Shown piece by piece: positions 29,883 through 40,464 of a stretch of DNA of 64,000 nt (position 1 is the first letter of the stretch; each line of letters starts with the position of its first letter). The stretch is from NCBI GenBank assembly GCA_963727455.1, contig CAVSGG010000005.1:32001-96000 (forward strand). The letters run 5' to 3'. Below the pieces are notes generated by a model. It had not been told where the DNA came from and did no database searches. It worked only from the letters and a program-made list of their open reading frames with translations. This DNA is from Candidatus Krumholzibacteriota bacterium (GTDB lineage Bacteria > Krumholzibacteriota > Krumholzibacteriia > JAJRXK01). The translations under genes were made by a program, and so were the position numbers.

Positions 29883-31889
29883 ATGAGCACGCCTTTGAGT
29901 CAGCGTGAAGTGAAGAAACGTCATCCGCAGGTCAAGATCGAGGGGCGAATCCTGTACCTCACCGAGGATCCCGATTTGATTCGTCGCCAGCTCGCCGGGG
30001 AGGACCTGGAATGGGCCCCGACCATGAAGCTGCGCGACAACATTTCGACTGACGAGATCACTCCCGCCTACATCTGTTACTACCACGACGACACCCTGGG
30101 CGACTTTCCCTATTTGGGGCTCCAGGCGGGTGGGGAATTTCCCGTGAGCGAGAAGAGCGTGCGCCGCGGGGGCTTCGCCGTTTCGGTGAGCGGCAAACGA
30201 CGCGGCAAGGGGAGCAGTCGCGAGCAATCTCCTTACGCGGAGATGATGGCGGGAATCCAGCTCGTCGTCGCGGAGAACATCGAACGGATCTATCACCAGA
30301 ATTGTCTGAACTTGGGGATGCTCGCCACCACGGACTTTTCGGTCCTCGGGCGCGTCAAGGCCGGGGAGACGATTCCCCTGAAGGTGTTTACCGAGGGCAA
30401 GGACGAGGTCACGAGGCAGATCATCGAGTACGGCGGACTCTTTAACTTCAATCTCGCGCGTCTTCAGGGCAAGGTCGTCATCCCCGCCATCGAGACTACG
30501 ACGCGCCCCATGACCGTGGCTGAGAAGATCTTCGCCAAACACATGGTCACCGATTTGGCGAAGGACGAGGTGGGAGTGAAAGCAGTCGCTCCCGGCGACA
30601 GTGGCTTTGTGCGCTGTGACCTACGCTTCTCACACGAGTACGTCACGCCGATGGCAGCGATTTTCTACGAGAGTCTGGTGGGAAAGGAGGTGCCGCTGCG
30701 CGACCGCGAGAGCGTGGTGTTCTTCCGCGACCATCTCACCTTCCTGGAGATGGCGATGACGCAGGAGCGCATCGACGCCGGTCTCCTAACGGTGGCTCAG
30801 AGCTTGGCGACTAAGCAGGCGCAGTTTGCCGAGGATCAGGGCATCACGCTACACGGGGAAACATCCGCCGGCGGGAGCGAGGCCATCTGTCACTCGAAAG
30901 TCACGCAGAGCTATGCCTTGCCGGGCCAGCTCATCATCGGTACCGATAGTCACACACCGCACAGCGGCGCTCTGGGCTGCGTGGCATTCGGCGTGGGCAC
31001 CACTGCCATCTTCAATTCCTGGATCACCAAGGACACCATGGCGCGGGTGCCCGAGAGCGTCAAAATCGAGATCACGGGTAAGCGACGGCCAGGGGTCACC
31101 GCGAAGGACTTCATGTTGGAGATTCTACGCCACCCTTACGTGCGAGATGGGCAAGCGATCGGCAAGATCGTGGAGTACTGCGGAGCGGCCGTGGAGGAAC
31201 TCAGCGTCGACGAGCGAGCGACTATGACCAATATGGCCGCCGAGGTGGGTGCGTTGACGGGGATCGTGGCTCCGGACGAGAAGACGGTGGAGTTCCTCAT
31301 GGATTGGCGCGGGATGCAACTCGAGGAAGCACGGGCACTCGTCGAGGGCCTCCAGAGCGATCCCGGAGCGCAGTACGCCGAGACCATCCGCTTCGACGCC
31401 GCCAGCATCGAACCCTTGGTCGCGCTCCCCGGTGACCCCGGCAATGGCGTCGCCATCTCGGAGCTGCCGAAAGCAGTGAAGATCGATATCGCGTATGCCG
31501 GTTCCTGCACTGCGGGAAAGAAAGAAGACATGGACATGTACGCGGAAGTGCTGAAGAGCGCACTCTCCGCCGGCCGTCACGTCCACCCCGATGTCACCTT
31601 TTGGATCCAGTTCGGGAGCCAGGAGGTGAAGGAGTACTGCCGCGAGCGTGGCTATCTCGAACTCTTCGAGAAGGTTGGGGCGCGCGTGATCGAGCCTTCG
31701 TGCGGCGCGTGTATCAATGCGGGTCCTGGAGTCAGTGACAATCGGGATCAAGTGACCGTTTCGGCGATCAACCGAAACTTTCCCGGCCGTAGCGGACCGG
31801 GACAGATGTACCTGGCCAGCCCGTATACCGTGGCGGCAAGCGCGCTGGCCGGGCAGATCGAGGCCTACGAGCCCACGATGGTGGCCTAG
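29883..31889 (+). CDS. Aconitase-family dehydratase; fused small (LeuD-like swivel) + large (LeuC-like) subunits
   Basis: N-terminal DNISTDEITP and GKGSSREQ (LeuD-like); then MTVAEKI, GTDSHT, AGSCT and PSCGAC with three Fe-S cysteines, NRNFPGR (LeuC-like). Confidence 0.85.
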   Translation: MSTPLSQREVKKRHPQVKIEGRILYLTEDPDLIRRQLAGEDLEWAPTMKLRDNISTDEITPAYICYYHDDTLGDFPYLGLQAGGEFPVSEKSVRRGGFAVSVSGKRRGKGSSREQSPYAEMMAGIQLVVAENIERIYHQNCLNLGMLATTDFSVLGRVKAGETIPLKVFTEGKDEVTRQIIEYGGLFNFNLARLQGKVVIPAIETTTRPMTVAEKIFAKHMVTDLAKDEVGVKAVAPGDSGFVRCDLRFSHEYVTPMAAIFYESLVGKEVPLRDRESVVFFRDHLTFLEMAMTQERIDAGLLTVAQSLATKQAQFAEDQGITLHGETSAGGSEAICHSKVTQSYALPGQLIIGTDSHTPHSGALGCVAFGVGTTAIFNSWITKDTMARVPESVKIEITGKRRPGVTAKDFMLEILRHPYVRDGQAIGKIVEYCGAAVEELSVDERATMTNMAAEVGALTGIVAPDEKTVEFLMDWRGMQLEEARALVEGLQSDPGAQYAETIRFDAASIEPLVALPGDPGNGVAISELPKAVKIDIAYAGSCTAGKKEDMDMYAEVLKSALSAGRHVHPDVTFWIQFGSQEVKEYCRERGYLELFEKVGARVIEPSCGACINAGPGVSDNRDQVTVSAINRNFPGRSGPGQMYLASPYTVAASALAGQIEAYEPTMVA

Positions 31890-32344
31890 CCCTCGTCTTC
31901 GTCCAGATCGGCACGAACCGTGAGGACCGGACAAGTGGCTTTGCGGACGACTCTCTCTGTGACGCTGCCGAGCAAGAAGTGGCTCAGACCGGAATGCCCA
32001 TGGGTGGACATGACGATCATGTCGATCTCGTGCGCTTTGGCATAGCGAGTGATCTCCAGGGAGGGGTGGCCGTCGACCACGGCGAGCGAGAGTCTCTCCT
32101 TGGGCAATCCGATCTCTTCTGCCAGTTTTTCGAGTCGTTCTTTTGCGGCCTCGTGAATTCGGGTATCCATCTCCGGCTGCGCAGCCGACCAGCTCACATC
32201 CGCGATTTGGAGGCTGGTCTCGACCACATGGAGTAGATGGACCTGAGCCGAGAAACACTTCGCCACCTCCAGCAGATGGGGAATTGCGTGACGTGCGTTC
32301 TCGGAGAAATCAGTTGGATAGAGTATGGTCTTCACGGGCAACAT
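31886..32344 (-). CDS. Universal stress protein (UspA family)
   Basis: ILYPTDFS, DMIVMSTHG.SG...LLGSVTERVVR.A.CPVLTV. Confidence 0.92.
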   Translation of the reverse strand: MLPVKTILYPTDFSENARHAIPHLLEVAKCFSAQVHLLHVVETSLQIADVSWSAAQPEMDTRIHEAAKERLEKLAEEIGLPKERLSLAVVDGHPSLEITRYAKAHEIDMIVMSTHGHSGLSHFLLGSVTERVVRKATCPVLTVRADLDEDEG

Positions 32345-32479
32345 TCTCCCACCTCCTCAACGAGGCGAAACGGGGGATGCCCAGGGGGACAGAGTTGGGG
32401 CACCCCACCGGCCCAATGGTAGGCAGCGGTCGGACGCCATCAAAACCGAGATTTTCGTGCGAGAATTCGGGAGGAAATC

Positions 32480-33529
32480 ATGAAGCGGATCGGAGTCGTG
32501 GCTGGTGATGGAATCGGCCCGGAGGTCGTCGAGGAAGGTCTTCGAGTGCTGCGCGAGGTTGGCCCCCGGGTGGGGCTCGAGTACGAAACGGTAGAGTATC
32601 CCTTCGGGGCGGACCATTACCTAGAGACGGGGGAGACCATGCCCGATTCGGTGCTCGGCGAATATCGGGAGCTGGACGCCATCCTCCTGGGCGCCATCGG
32701 TGATCCGAGAGTGGAGGTGGGACTCCTCGAGCGTGCGATCATCGGCGGGATCCGCTGGAAACTCGACATGTATCTCAACTTGAGGCCGGTGAAGCTCTAC
32801 CACGAGGACCTCTGTCCCCTGAAGGACAAGACCACCAAGGACATCGACATGGTCTTCGTACGCGAGAATACGGAGAGTCTCTACTGTCAGATCCACGGGG
32901 TCTTCAAGAAGGGTACTGCGGACGAGATCACCACCCAGGAAATGGTGAATACCCGGAAGGGAATCGAACGTGCAGTGCGCTACGCCTACGAACTCGCGGC
33001 CAAACGCCCGCGCAAGAAACTGACCCTCATCGACAAGGCCAATGCGCTGCGAAGCCAGGAACTGTGGACCCGGACCTTCGCCGAGGTGGGAGAGGAGTTC
33101 CCGCAGGTGGAGCAGGACCACGCCTACATCGATGCCGCCTGCATGTGGATGGTGAAGAACCCCGAGTGGTTCGACGTGGCAGTGGTGGACAACATGTTCG
33201 GCGACATCGTGACCGATATCGGCGCCATGATCCAGGGCGGCCTGGGTGTGGCAGCCAGCGGGAACATCCATCCCGGTCAGGTGAGCATGTTCGAGCCGAT
33301 CCACGGATCGGCGCCAAAGTACCGGGGTCAGCAAAAGGCATGTCCGGTGGCGACCATTTCCGCGGTGGGGATGATGGTCGACTTCCTGGGTTATCCCGAG
33401 GGGGGGCAGCTCATTGAAGGCGCCATACAGAGCGCCATCGCCAGCCGCAAGATCCCTTCTCTGAGCACTTCCAGCGGGCTGAAAACTTCGGAATATACAG
33501 ATCTCATACTCGCGGAACTGCCGCACTAG
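32480..33529 (+). CDS. leuB: 3-isopropylmalate dehydrogenase-like beta-decarboxylating dehydrogenase
   Basis: [47 protein letters not shown]; substrate assignment not certain. Confidence 0.8.
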   Translation: MKRIGVVAGDGIGPEVVEEGLRVLREVGPRVGLEYETVEYPFGADHYLETGETMPDSVLGEYRELDAILLGAIGDPRVEVGLLERAIIGGIRWKLDMYLNLRPVKLYHEDLCPLKDKTTKDIDMVFVRENTESLYCQIHGVFKKGTADEITTQEMVNTRKGIERAVRYAYELAAKRPRKKLTLIDKANALRSQELWTRTFAEVGEEFPQVEQDHAYIDAACMWMVKNPEWFDVAVVDNMFGDIVTDIGAMIQGGLGVAASGNIHPGQVSMFEPIHGSAPKYRGQQKACPVATISAVGMMVDFLGYPEGGQLIEGAIQSAIASRKIPSLSTSSGLKTSEYTDLILAELPH

Positions 33530-33594
33530 CAGGCGAGTATCTCTTCGATATTTCGACAAGTATCGAAATCAGAGACAAATGAGGGGTGCTCAAC

Positions 33595-33623
33595 TTGACC
33601 ACCCCTCCCTTCGCACCTATAGT
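33595..33623 (+). promoter_or_regulatory. Putative sigma70 promoter for tRNA-Leu-tig-clpPX
   Basis: TTGACC-17 nt-TATAGT. Confidence 0.6.
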
Positions 33624-33725
33624 ATATCTTCCCACGTCTCCGAAGGTCTATCGGCTAAGTCACTAAAATACAGGGATTTATGCCGCTGGATGCACAGCGG
33701 ACGGGGGGTGTTCGAGGAGAACGGA

Positions 33726-33810
33726 GCGCGAGTGGCGGAACTGGCAGACGCGCAGGGTTTAGGTCCCTGTGAGGCAACTCGTGGGGGTTCGAGTCCCCCC
33801 TCGCGCACCA
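33726..33810 (+). tRNA. tRNA-Leu (anticodon TAG)
   Basis: Acceptor GCGCGAG/CTCGCGC, anticodon stem CAGGG-TTTAGGT-CCCTG, long variable arm, GGTTCGAGT T-loop, encoded CCA. Confidence 0.95.
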
Positions 33811-33859
33811 GGAGTCCCCGCCCACCAAGCGGCCTACAGGGCCAGGGGTAGCCAAGGCG

Positions 33860-35230
33860 ATGAGCGAGAAAGCAATCGAATTTCAGCTGGAGGCTGCCGA
33901 AGAGGCGTGGAAACGCGTCGCGCACGTCACCGTCAGCACCGACCACATGGAAGCCATTCGCGAAAGGGTCGTGGGCGACCTGCGCAAGCAGGTGAAGCGC
34001 CCCGGATTTCGCAAGGGCAAGGTTCCTCCCAAGATCATCCGCAGCGAGTATGCGGCCCAAGTGGAGCGCGAGTCTCTCGAGCGCGTGGTGCCCGAGGCCT
34101 ACCGTGAGATTTTGAAAGCCCATGAGGAACTCGAGCCAGTGGGCGAGCCCTTGGTGGACAAGCTGAGCCTGGAGGAAGGGCAACCCGTGGGCTTCGACCT
34201 CCAGATCGAGGTGCGCCCGGAGATCGAGCTACAGGGTCTCCAGTCGTGCCAGGTCGACAAGGTCGAGATCGAGATCTCAGAGCAGCGCGTGGAGGCCGCG
34301 CTGCAGGAGATTGCCGCGCGCAATGCCAGCTGGGCCCCGGTCGAACGGGAAGCACGCGACGGGGATGCCCTGATGATCGACTATGCCCCGCTTGGCGAGG
34401 ATGGAACGCCCAACGAGGCCGAACGTACCAAGAACTACGCGATGGAGCTGGGAGGCACCAGCGTACTTCCCGAGTTCAACGCGGCCCTGACCGGCCTGCA
34501 ACCGGGGGAGGATACCCAGGTCGAGGTGAGCTACCCCGAGGACTATCCCCGCGAGGATCTCGCCGGCAAGACCATGAGTTTCGAAGTGCGCGTCAATGAG
34601 ATCAAGGAGAAGCAGATCCCGCAGCTCGACGAAGACTTCGCGCAGAACCTCGGTCCGTACAAGACTCTCGAGGAGCTGAAAGTAGCCGTGAGGGACGATC
34701 TGGTGAAGACCGCCGAAAACGAGAGCAAGCGGCATTTCCGCGAGTCCCTGATCGACGAGGTCCTCAAGCAGAACGCTGTCGCGGTGCCGCCCACTCTCGA
34801 GGCACGCTACGTGCAAGCGATGATCGAGGATCTGAAGCACAGTTCCGGGCGGGATTTCGACGAAGAGACCCGCAAGAAGCTCGCGGAGAGTTATGCGCCC
34901 TCGGCGCGCCGCGCGACGCAGCGCTGGCTGCTGATCGACCACATCAAGAAGGCACAGGGGATCGAGGTCGGGGACGAGGAGCTTCAGGTGAGGATCGAGG
35001 AGATCGCGGCCGAGCGTGATGCCACACCCGAGCAGGTGCAGCAGGCGCTACAGAGCAAGAATGGGCTCGCCCATCTGCGCATGGAACTCGAGGAGAACCG
35101 CGTTTTCGACTGGCTCTCCGAGCAGGTTCAGGTGAAAGTGGTGCACAAGAGCGCCGAGGAGCTGGACGAAGAAGCGGCCAGCGAGGCAGAGGCCGCTCAG
35201 GACGAATCGAAGGACGCGAGCGGGAAGTAG
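33860..35230 (+). CDS. tig: Trigger factor
   Basis: Ribosome-binding motif PGFRKGKVP; FKBP-like core (YPEDY...LAGK...F.V); upstream of clpP. Confidence 0.93.
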   Translation: MSEKAIEFQLEAAEEAWKRVAHVTVSTDHMEAIRERVVGDLRKQVKRPGFRKGKVPPKIIRSEYAAQVERESLERVVPEAYREILKAHEELEPVGEPLVDKLSLEEGQPVGFDLQIEVRPEIELQGLQSCQVDKVEIEISEQRVEAALQEIAARNASWAPVEREARDGDALMIDYAPLGEDGTPNEAERTKNYAMELGGTSVLPEFNAALTGLQPGEDTQVEVSYPEDYPREDLAGKTMSFEVRVNEIKEKQIPQLDEDFAQNLGPYKTLEELKVAVRDDLVKTAENESKRHFRESLIDEVLKQNAVAVPPTLEARYVQAMIEDLKHSSGRDFDEETRKKLAESYAPSARRATQRWLLIDHIKKAQGIEVGDEELQVRIEEIAAERDATPEQVQQALQSKNGLAHLRMELEENRVFDWLSEQVQVKVVHKSAEELDEEAASEAEAAQDESKDASGK

Positions 35231-35269
35231 AGCGGGCCTCCAAGCCCCTTACCCTCAAGGAGTTCACAG

Positions 35270-35878
35270 ATGCTGGTTCCCATGGTGGTGGAACAAACGG
35301 GTCGCGGCGAACGGGCGTACGATATCTACAGCCGTTTGCTGAAGGATCGGATCGTCTTCATTGGTTCGCCGATTGACGACAGTGTGGCAAATTTGGTCAT
35401 CGCGCAGATGTTGTTTCTACAGGCCGAGGATTCCGATCGCGACATCTACTTGTACATCAACTCGCCCGGTGGCGTGATTTCGGCCGGTTTGGCTATCTAC
35501 GACACCATGCAGTACATTTCCAATGATGTCGCGACGATCTGCATGGGGCAGGCGGCCTCGATGGCGGCGGTCCTCATGGCAGCGGGCTCAGCCGGCAAGC
35601 GATCGGCGCTGCCCCACTCGCGCATCATGATCCACCAGCCCATGGGAGGTTCGCAGGGTCAAGCGGCCATGATCGAGATCTACGCCAGGGAAATCCTGTA
35701 CATGCGGGATCGATTGAACGAGATTCTGGCTGGCCACACCAAGCAGTCACTCAAGAAGATCGCCAAGGACACCGACCGCGACTTCTTTATGTCGGCGGAA
35801 GAGGCCAAGGAATACGGCATCGTCGACAAGGTTATCGAGAAGCGAGAAGAACTGGGTCGGGATAGCAAGGACGGCTGA
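35270..35878 (+). CDS. clpP: ATP-dependent Clp protease proteolytic subunit
   Basis: [32 protein letters not shown]. Confidence 0.97.
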   Translation: MLVPMVVEQTGRGERAYDIYSRLLKDRIVFIGSPIDDSVANLVIAQMLFLQAEDSDRDIYLYINSPGGVISAGLAIYDTMQYISNDVATICMGQAASMAAVLMAAGSAGKRSALPHSRIMIHQPMGGSQGQAAMIEIYAREILYMRDRLNEILAGHTKQSLKKIAKDTDRDFFMSAEEAKEYGIVDKVIEKREELGRDSKDG

Positions 35879-35926
35879 GTCTAGTCTCAGCCGCCAGGAT
35901 GCCATCCCCGGATGGAGCGAGTAGGA

Positions 35927-37183
35927 ATGAAGACCAAGAACGGTTCGCCTCAAGTCATCAAGTGCTCGTTCTGCGGACGGGGACAGGATGAGGTCGCCAA
36001 GCTGGTGTCCGGTCCCTCGGTGTACATCTGTAACGAGTGCATCAAGCTCTGCAACGACATTCTCGAGGATGAACTGCCCGCGATCAATACTCTGGACACC
36101 GGGGATTTTCCCAAGCCCCAGGACATGAAGGAGTTGATCGATCACTACGTGGTGGGGCAGGAGCAGGCCAAGCGCACGCTGGCCGTCGCGGTCTACAACC
36201 ACTACAAGCGCATCAATCACCGCCGCGATGCGGACGACATTGAACTCGACAAGAGCAACATTCTTTTCGTTGGTCCCACCGGTACCGGCAAGACCCTACT
36301 CGCACAGACTTTGGCGCGCATTCTGAAGGTTCCGTTCGCCATCGTGGATGCGACGGCTCTGACCGAAGCCGGCTACGTGGGCGAGGACGTCGAGAACATC
36401 CTCGTGAAACTGCTGCAGAATGCCGATTACAATCTGGCCGCCGCCGAGCGCGGAATCATCTACATCGACGAGATCGACAAGATCTCCCGCAAGAGCGACA
36501 ACCCCTCGATTACACGCGACGTGTCGGGAGAGGGCGTGCAGCAGGCGCTGCTCAAGCTCTTGGAGGGAACGGTGGCAAACGTTCCGCCACAGGGTGGTCG
36601 GAAGCATCCTCAGCAGAAGTACCTGGAAGTGAACACGCGCGACATTCTGTTCATCTGCGGCGGCGCCTTCGAAGGGCTCGATCGCATCATTCAGCAGCGC
36701 ACTGGCGAAAAGATTCTGGGCTTCGAACGCACGAAGGGCGGAAGCAAGAGGGATAATCGCTTCAAGACTCTGCAGAAGATGGAACCCGGCGACCTCATGA
36801 AGTTTGGGCTCATTCCCGAGCTCGTGGGACGACTCCCAGTCGTCGCTACTCTGGAAGAACTCGACGAGGATGCGATGGTTCGGATTCTCACCGAACCCAA
36901 GAACGCACTCGTGCGTCAGTACGAGAAACTCTTCGAGATGGAAGACGTGGAGTTGATTCTGGAAGAGGAAGCTCTGCGGGCGATCGCCAGAATGGCCATC
37001 GTGCGCAAGACAGGCGCGCGGGGTCTGCGCGCGATCCTCGAGGAGACCATGCTCAATCTGATGTTCGACATCCCCTCGTCGAAGGACGTGCAGAAGGTCG
37101 TCATCAACCGCCGCTGTATCGAGGAAGGCGAAGAGCCCATCGTCTATACTGGCCGCGATCAACTGCGAGTTCGCGAGGCTTGA
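35927..37183 (+). CDS. clpX: ATP-dependent Clp protease ATP-binding subunit
   Basis: C4 zinc finger CSFC...[34 protein letters not shown]. Confidence 0.97.
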   Translation: MKTKNGSPQVIKCSFCGRGQDEVAKLVSGPSVYICNECIKLCNDILEDELPAINTLDTGDFPKPQDMKELIDHYVVGQEQAKRTLAVAVYNHYKRINHRRDADDIELDKSNILFVGPTGTGKTLLAQTLARILKVPFAIVDATALTEAGYVGEDVENILVKLLQNADYNLAAAERGIIYIDEIDKISRKSDNPSITRDVSGEGVQQALLKLLEGTVANVPPQGGRKHPQQKYLEVNTRDILFICGGAFEGLDRIIQQRTGEKILGFERTKGGSKRDNRFKTLQKMEPGDLMKFGLIPELVGRLPVVATLEELDEDAMVRILTEPKNALVRQYEKLFEMEDVELILEEEALRAIARMAIVRKTGARGLRAILEETMLNLMFDIPSSKDVQKVVINRRCIEEGEEPIVYTGRDQLRVREA

Positions 37184-37222
37184 GTGGCGCGTGCGGCTAC
37201 GCGCCCGCCGCTCAGAAACAAC

Positions 37223-37247
37223 CAAGGCCCGCCTCGTGCGGGCCTTG
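37223..37247. terminator. GC-rich hairpin between clpX and lon
   Basis: Perfect 10-bp stem CAAGGCCCGC/GCGGGCCTTG with 5-nt loop; no clear U-tract. Confidence 0.4.
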
Positions 37248-37266
37248 AGTGTGTAGGAGAGCAAGG

Positions 37267-39684
37267 ATGAGCAAGAGCACCAAGGACAGAACCACAGAGG
37301 AGCTGGAGCTTTTGCCCAACCGCTTACCGCTCTTGCCCCTGCGCGATGTGGTGATCTTCCCGGGTGCGATCGTGCCGCTCTTGGTGGGTCGCGAACGAAG
37401 CATCCTCGCTCTGAATGCGGCAGCCGATGAAGAGAAGCTGCTAGTGGTCGCCGCGCAGCGCGAGCCGGAAGTGTCCGATCCGGGCTCGGAGGACATCTAC
37501 TCCGTGGGCACCCTGGTGCGGATCCACCAGGTGCTGCGGCTGCCCGACGGCACCACCAAGATCCTCATCGAGGGAGTTTCCCGCGCCGAGATCCTCGCGC
37601 ATCATCAGAACGAGGGCTACCTCACCGTCGACTTCAGGCTGTGTGAGGTCATCACCGAACCCGCCAGCACGGAGCTGGAGGCTCTGTGCCGCCAAGTGGT
37701 GGAGCTCTTCGAGGACTACGTACACCTGCACAAACGCATCCCGGACGAAACCGTCGTGGCGGCACAGCGAATCGAGGACGCTGATTCTCTGGCCGATACG
37801 GTGGCCGCGCAGTTGGTGGTGGGCGTCGCCCTGCGTCAAGAACTCCTGGAGAACCAGAGAACTACTCCCCGCTTGCGCGAACTCGCGAAGATCCTGCGGC
37901 GCGAGATCGAAATTCTCGGAGTCGAGCGGAGGATCGAGGGCGAGGTCAAACAGCAGGTGGAGAAGGGCCAGAAGGAGTTCTACCTCAACGAGCAGTTGCG
38001 CGCGATCCGCAAAGAACTCGGATACGGACCCGAGGAAGATGACGAAATCGAGGAGCTGATCAAGCGAATCGAACACGCCGAGATGAGCGACGAGGCGCAC
38101 GAGGTTGCTCTCAAGGAAGTGGGTCGTCTTGCCAAGATGGCCCCGATGTCTCCCGAGAGTACCGTGGTTCGCACTTACCTCGACACCCTCGTGGGTCTGC
38201 CCTGGGCCCGCCGTAGCCAGGACCGACTCGACACGCGCCGCGCCCGGCGGCGTCTCGACGCCGACCACTACGGTCTGGAGAAGGTCAAGGAGCGCATTCT
38301 CGAGTTTCTCAGCGTGGTGAAGCTCACGGGTCGCCTCCAGGGCTCGATCCTCTGTCTGGTTGGACCTCCGGGGGTGGGGAAGACCAGCCTGGGCCGCAGC
38401 ATTGCCGAGAGCATGGGCCGCAATTTCGTGCGAGTGAGCTTGGGTGGGGTGCGCGATGAGGCTGAGATCCGCGGTCATCGGCGCACCTACATCGGCAGTC
38501 GCCCGGGCAGGATCATGGAGGGTCTAAAACGCGCGGGAACGCGGAATCCAGTGTTTCTTTTGGATGAGATCGACAAGCTGGGGAGCGACTTCCGCGGCGA
38601 CCCCGCCTCGGCGCTACTCGAGGTTCTTGATCCCGAACAGAACAAGAGCTACAGCGACCACTTCTTGGAAGTTCCCTTCGACCTCAGCGAAGTGTTCTTC
38701 ATCACCACCGCGAACGTCTTGCACCAAATTCCACCCGCGCTCGGTGATCGCATGGAGATCATTCGCATTCCTGGTTATCTCGAACATGAGAAAGTTCTCA
38801 TCGCAAAGAACTTCCTACTGCCCAAGGTTCGCAAAAGTCACGGCCTGGAGCGCACGCGTTTCACGGTGAGCGAATCCGCCTTGAAGGACGCGGTAAATCT
38901 CTATACTCGCGAGGCGGGGGTACGCAACCTCGAGCGCGAACTGGCGACGCTCTGCCGCCGGGTCGCGCGCCGCAAGGCCGAGAGACGTCCCATGCCGCGC
39001 ATCATCCAGCGCAGCAATCTACAGCGTTTCCTCGGAGCGCCCAAGTACCTGCACCGTATGGTGGAGGAGGAACCCGAAGTGGGCGTGGTCAATGGCCTCG
39101 CATGGACTCCGGTGGGCGGAGAAATTCTGGAGATCGAAGTGTCCGCTCTACCGGGCAAGGGCCGGCTGACCCTGACGGGCAATCTGAAGGAAGTGATGCG
39201 AGAAAGCGCGCGGACCGCTCTCAGCTACGCGCGCTCGGTGGTGCCGGAGAGCAAGGCCTTCCTCGACCAGCACGACATCCACATCCATGTGCCCGAGGGA
39301 GCTGTGCCCAAGGACGGACCCAGCGCGGGAACCGCAATGGCCACTGCCCTGGTGTCCATGATGACCGAGCGGAAGGTGCGACGCGAAATGGCCATGACCG
39401 GTGAGGTGACTCTGCGAGGAAAAGTGCTCCCCATCGGAGGCCTGCCGGAGAAGGCGGTGGCTGCGCAACGCTTCGGCTGCAAGCACATCATCATTCCCGC
39501 CGACAACGAGAAGGACTATCTCGAACTTCCGCGGGACGTGCGCAAGGGTCTGAAGTGGCATCTGGTGTCACGCGTGGAAGAGGTGCTCGAGCTCGTCCTG
39601 CTGCCGGCCAAGAAGAAGGAGACGAAGGAAGACTCCCTGTTGAACGCCGGACGCAGCCGTCCGACGGAGAGCCGGGCTCACTGA
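37267..39684 (+). CDS. lon: Lon protease
   Basis: LPLRDVVIFP, GPPGVGKTS, LDEIDK, catalytic PKDGPSAG, MTGEVTLRG. Confidence 0.97.
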   Translation: MSKSTKDRTTEELELLPNRLPLLPLRDVVIFPGAIVPLLVGRERSILALNAAADEEKLLVVAAQREPEVSDPGSEDIYSVGTLVRIHQVLRLPDGTTKILIEGVSRAEILAHHQNEGYLTVDFRLCEVITEPASTELEALCRQVVELFEDYVHLHKRIPDETVVAAQRIEDADSLADTVAAQLVVGVALRQELLENQRTTPRLRELAKILRREIEILGVERRIEGEVKQQVEKGQKEFYLNEQLRAIRKELGYGPEEDDEIEELIKRIEHAEMSDEAHEVALKEVGRLAKMAPMSPESTVVRTYLDTLVGLPWARRSQDRLDTRRARRRLDADHYGLEKVKERILEFLSVVKLTGRLQGSILCLVGPPGVGKTSLGRSIAESMGRNFVRVSLGGVRDEAEIRGHRRTYIGSRPGRIMEGLKRAGTRNPVFLLDEIDKLGSDFRGDPASALLEVLDPEQNKSYSDHFLEVPFDLSEVFFITTANVLHQIPPALGDRMEIIRIPGYLEHEKVLIAKNFLLPKVRKSHGLERTRFTVSESALKDAVNLYTREAGVRNLERELATLCRRVARRKAERRPMPRIIQRSNLQRFLGAPKYLHRMVEEEPEVGVVNGLAWTPVGGEILEIEVSALPGKGRLTLTGNLKEVMRESARTALSYARSVVPESKAFLDQHDIHIHVPEGAVPKDGPSAGTAMATALVSMMTERKVRREMAMTGEVTLRGKVLPIGGLPEKAVAAQRFGCKHIIIPADNEKDYLELPRDVRKGLKWHLVSRVEEVLELVLLPAKKKETKEDSLLNAGRSRPTESRAH

Positions 39685-39689
39685 AGCCG

Positions 39690-40307
39690 ATGCAGCACGA
39701 AGTCGAATTGATCACTTTGGCGCCCGATCTCGATCATTGTCCGGATTCGGAGTTGCCCGAAATGGCCTTCAGTGGCCGCTCGAACGTGGGGAAGTCCTCT
39801 CTCCTCAACCTGCTGGTGGGCCGGCGCCGCGTGGCGCACACGAGCGGACAGCCCGGCAAGACGCGCGCTCTCAGCTACTACCTCGTCGATCAGAGCTGGC
39901 ACCTGGTGGACATGCCGGGTTACGGCTATGCGCGCACTTCGCAAGCCGAACGGCGGCGCTGGGCCGGGGCCAGCCGGGCTTATCTCTCCACGCGCTCGCA
40001 ACTGCGCGGGGTGTTCCAGCTCATCGACCTCAAGGTCGGAGTGACCCCGGACGACCGGGCCCGGCTGCGGGACTTGCTCCGCTTCCATCGCAATTTTTGT
40101 ATTATTTTCACCAAAGCGGACAAGGTGCCCCCGACGAAGCGCGAAGAGAAAGTCGTGGAACACCTTTCAGGGCTGGGACTTCCGGCGACGACCGGGGTCA
40201 TCGTGAGTTCCGCTCAAAATCGGTTGGGTCGCGAGGAGATCTGGGCCTGGGTGGAGGACCACCTGAGCCCGCAAAGTACGGAAAATCCCCCAGATGCGGG
40301 CGATTGA
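39690..40307 (+). CDS. engB: Ribosome biogenesis GTP-binding protein YsxC/EngB
   Basis: GRSNVGKSS, PGKT, DMPGYG, TKADK; follows lon. Confidence 0.92.
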   Translation: MQHEVELITLAPDLDHCPDSELPEMAFSGRSNVGKSSLLNLLVGRRRVAHTSGQPGKTRALSYYLVDQSWHLVDMPGYGYARTSQAERRRWAGASRAYLSTRSQLRGVFQLIDLKVGVTPDDRARLRDLLRFHRNFCIIFTKADKVPPTKREEKVVEHLSGLGLPATTGVIVSSAQNRLGREEIWAWVEDHLSPQSTENPPDAGD

Positions 40308-40333
40308 CCTTTTGGGCCGAGCGGTTCTATACT
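40304..40333 (+). promoter_or_regulatory. Putative sigma70 promoter upstream of 40465
   Basis: TTGACC-18 nt-TATACT. Confidence 0.45.
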
Positions 40334-40464
40334 GGATACAAGTCCGCGGACTCCTTGGCATGCTTCTGGTAAGTGGTAGTGCAGAGTTCGCGCGCACTGC
40401 GGTGCGCTGAACCTGGACCGCCTCCGAGGAGTAGGGGGATACGAAACTGGCTACCGTACGAGTC

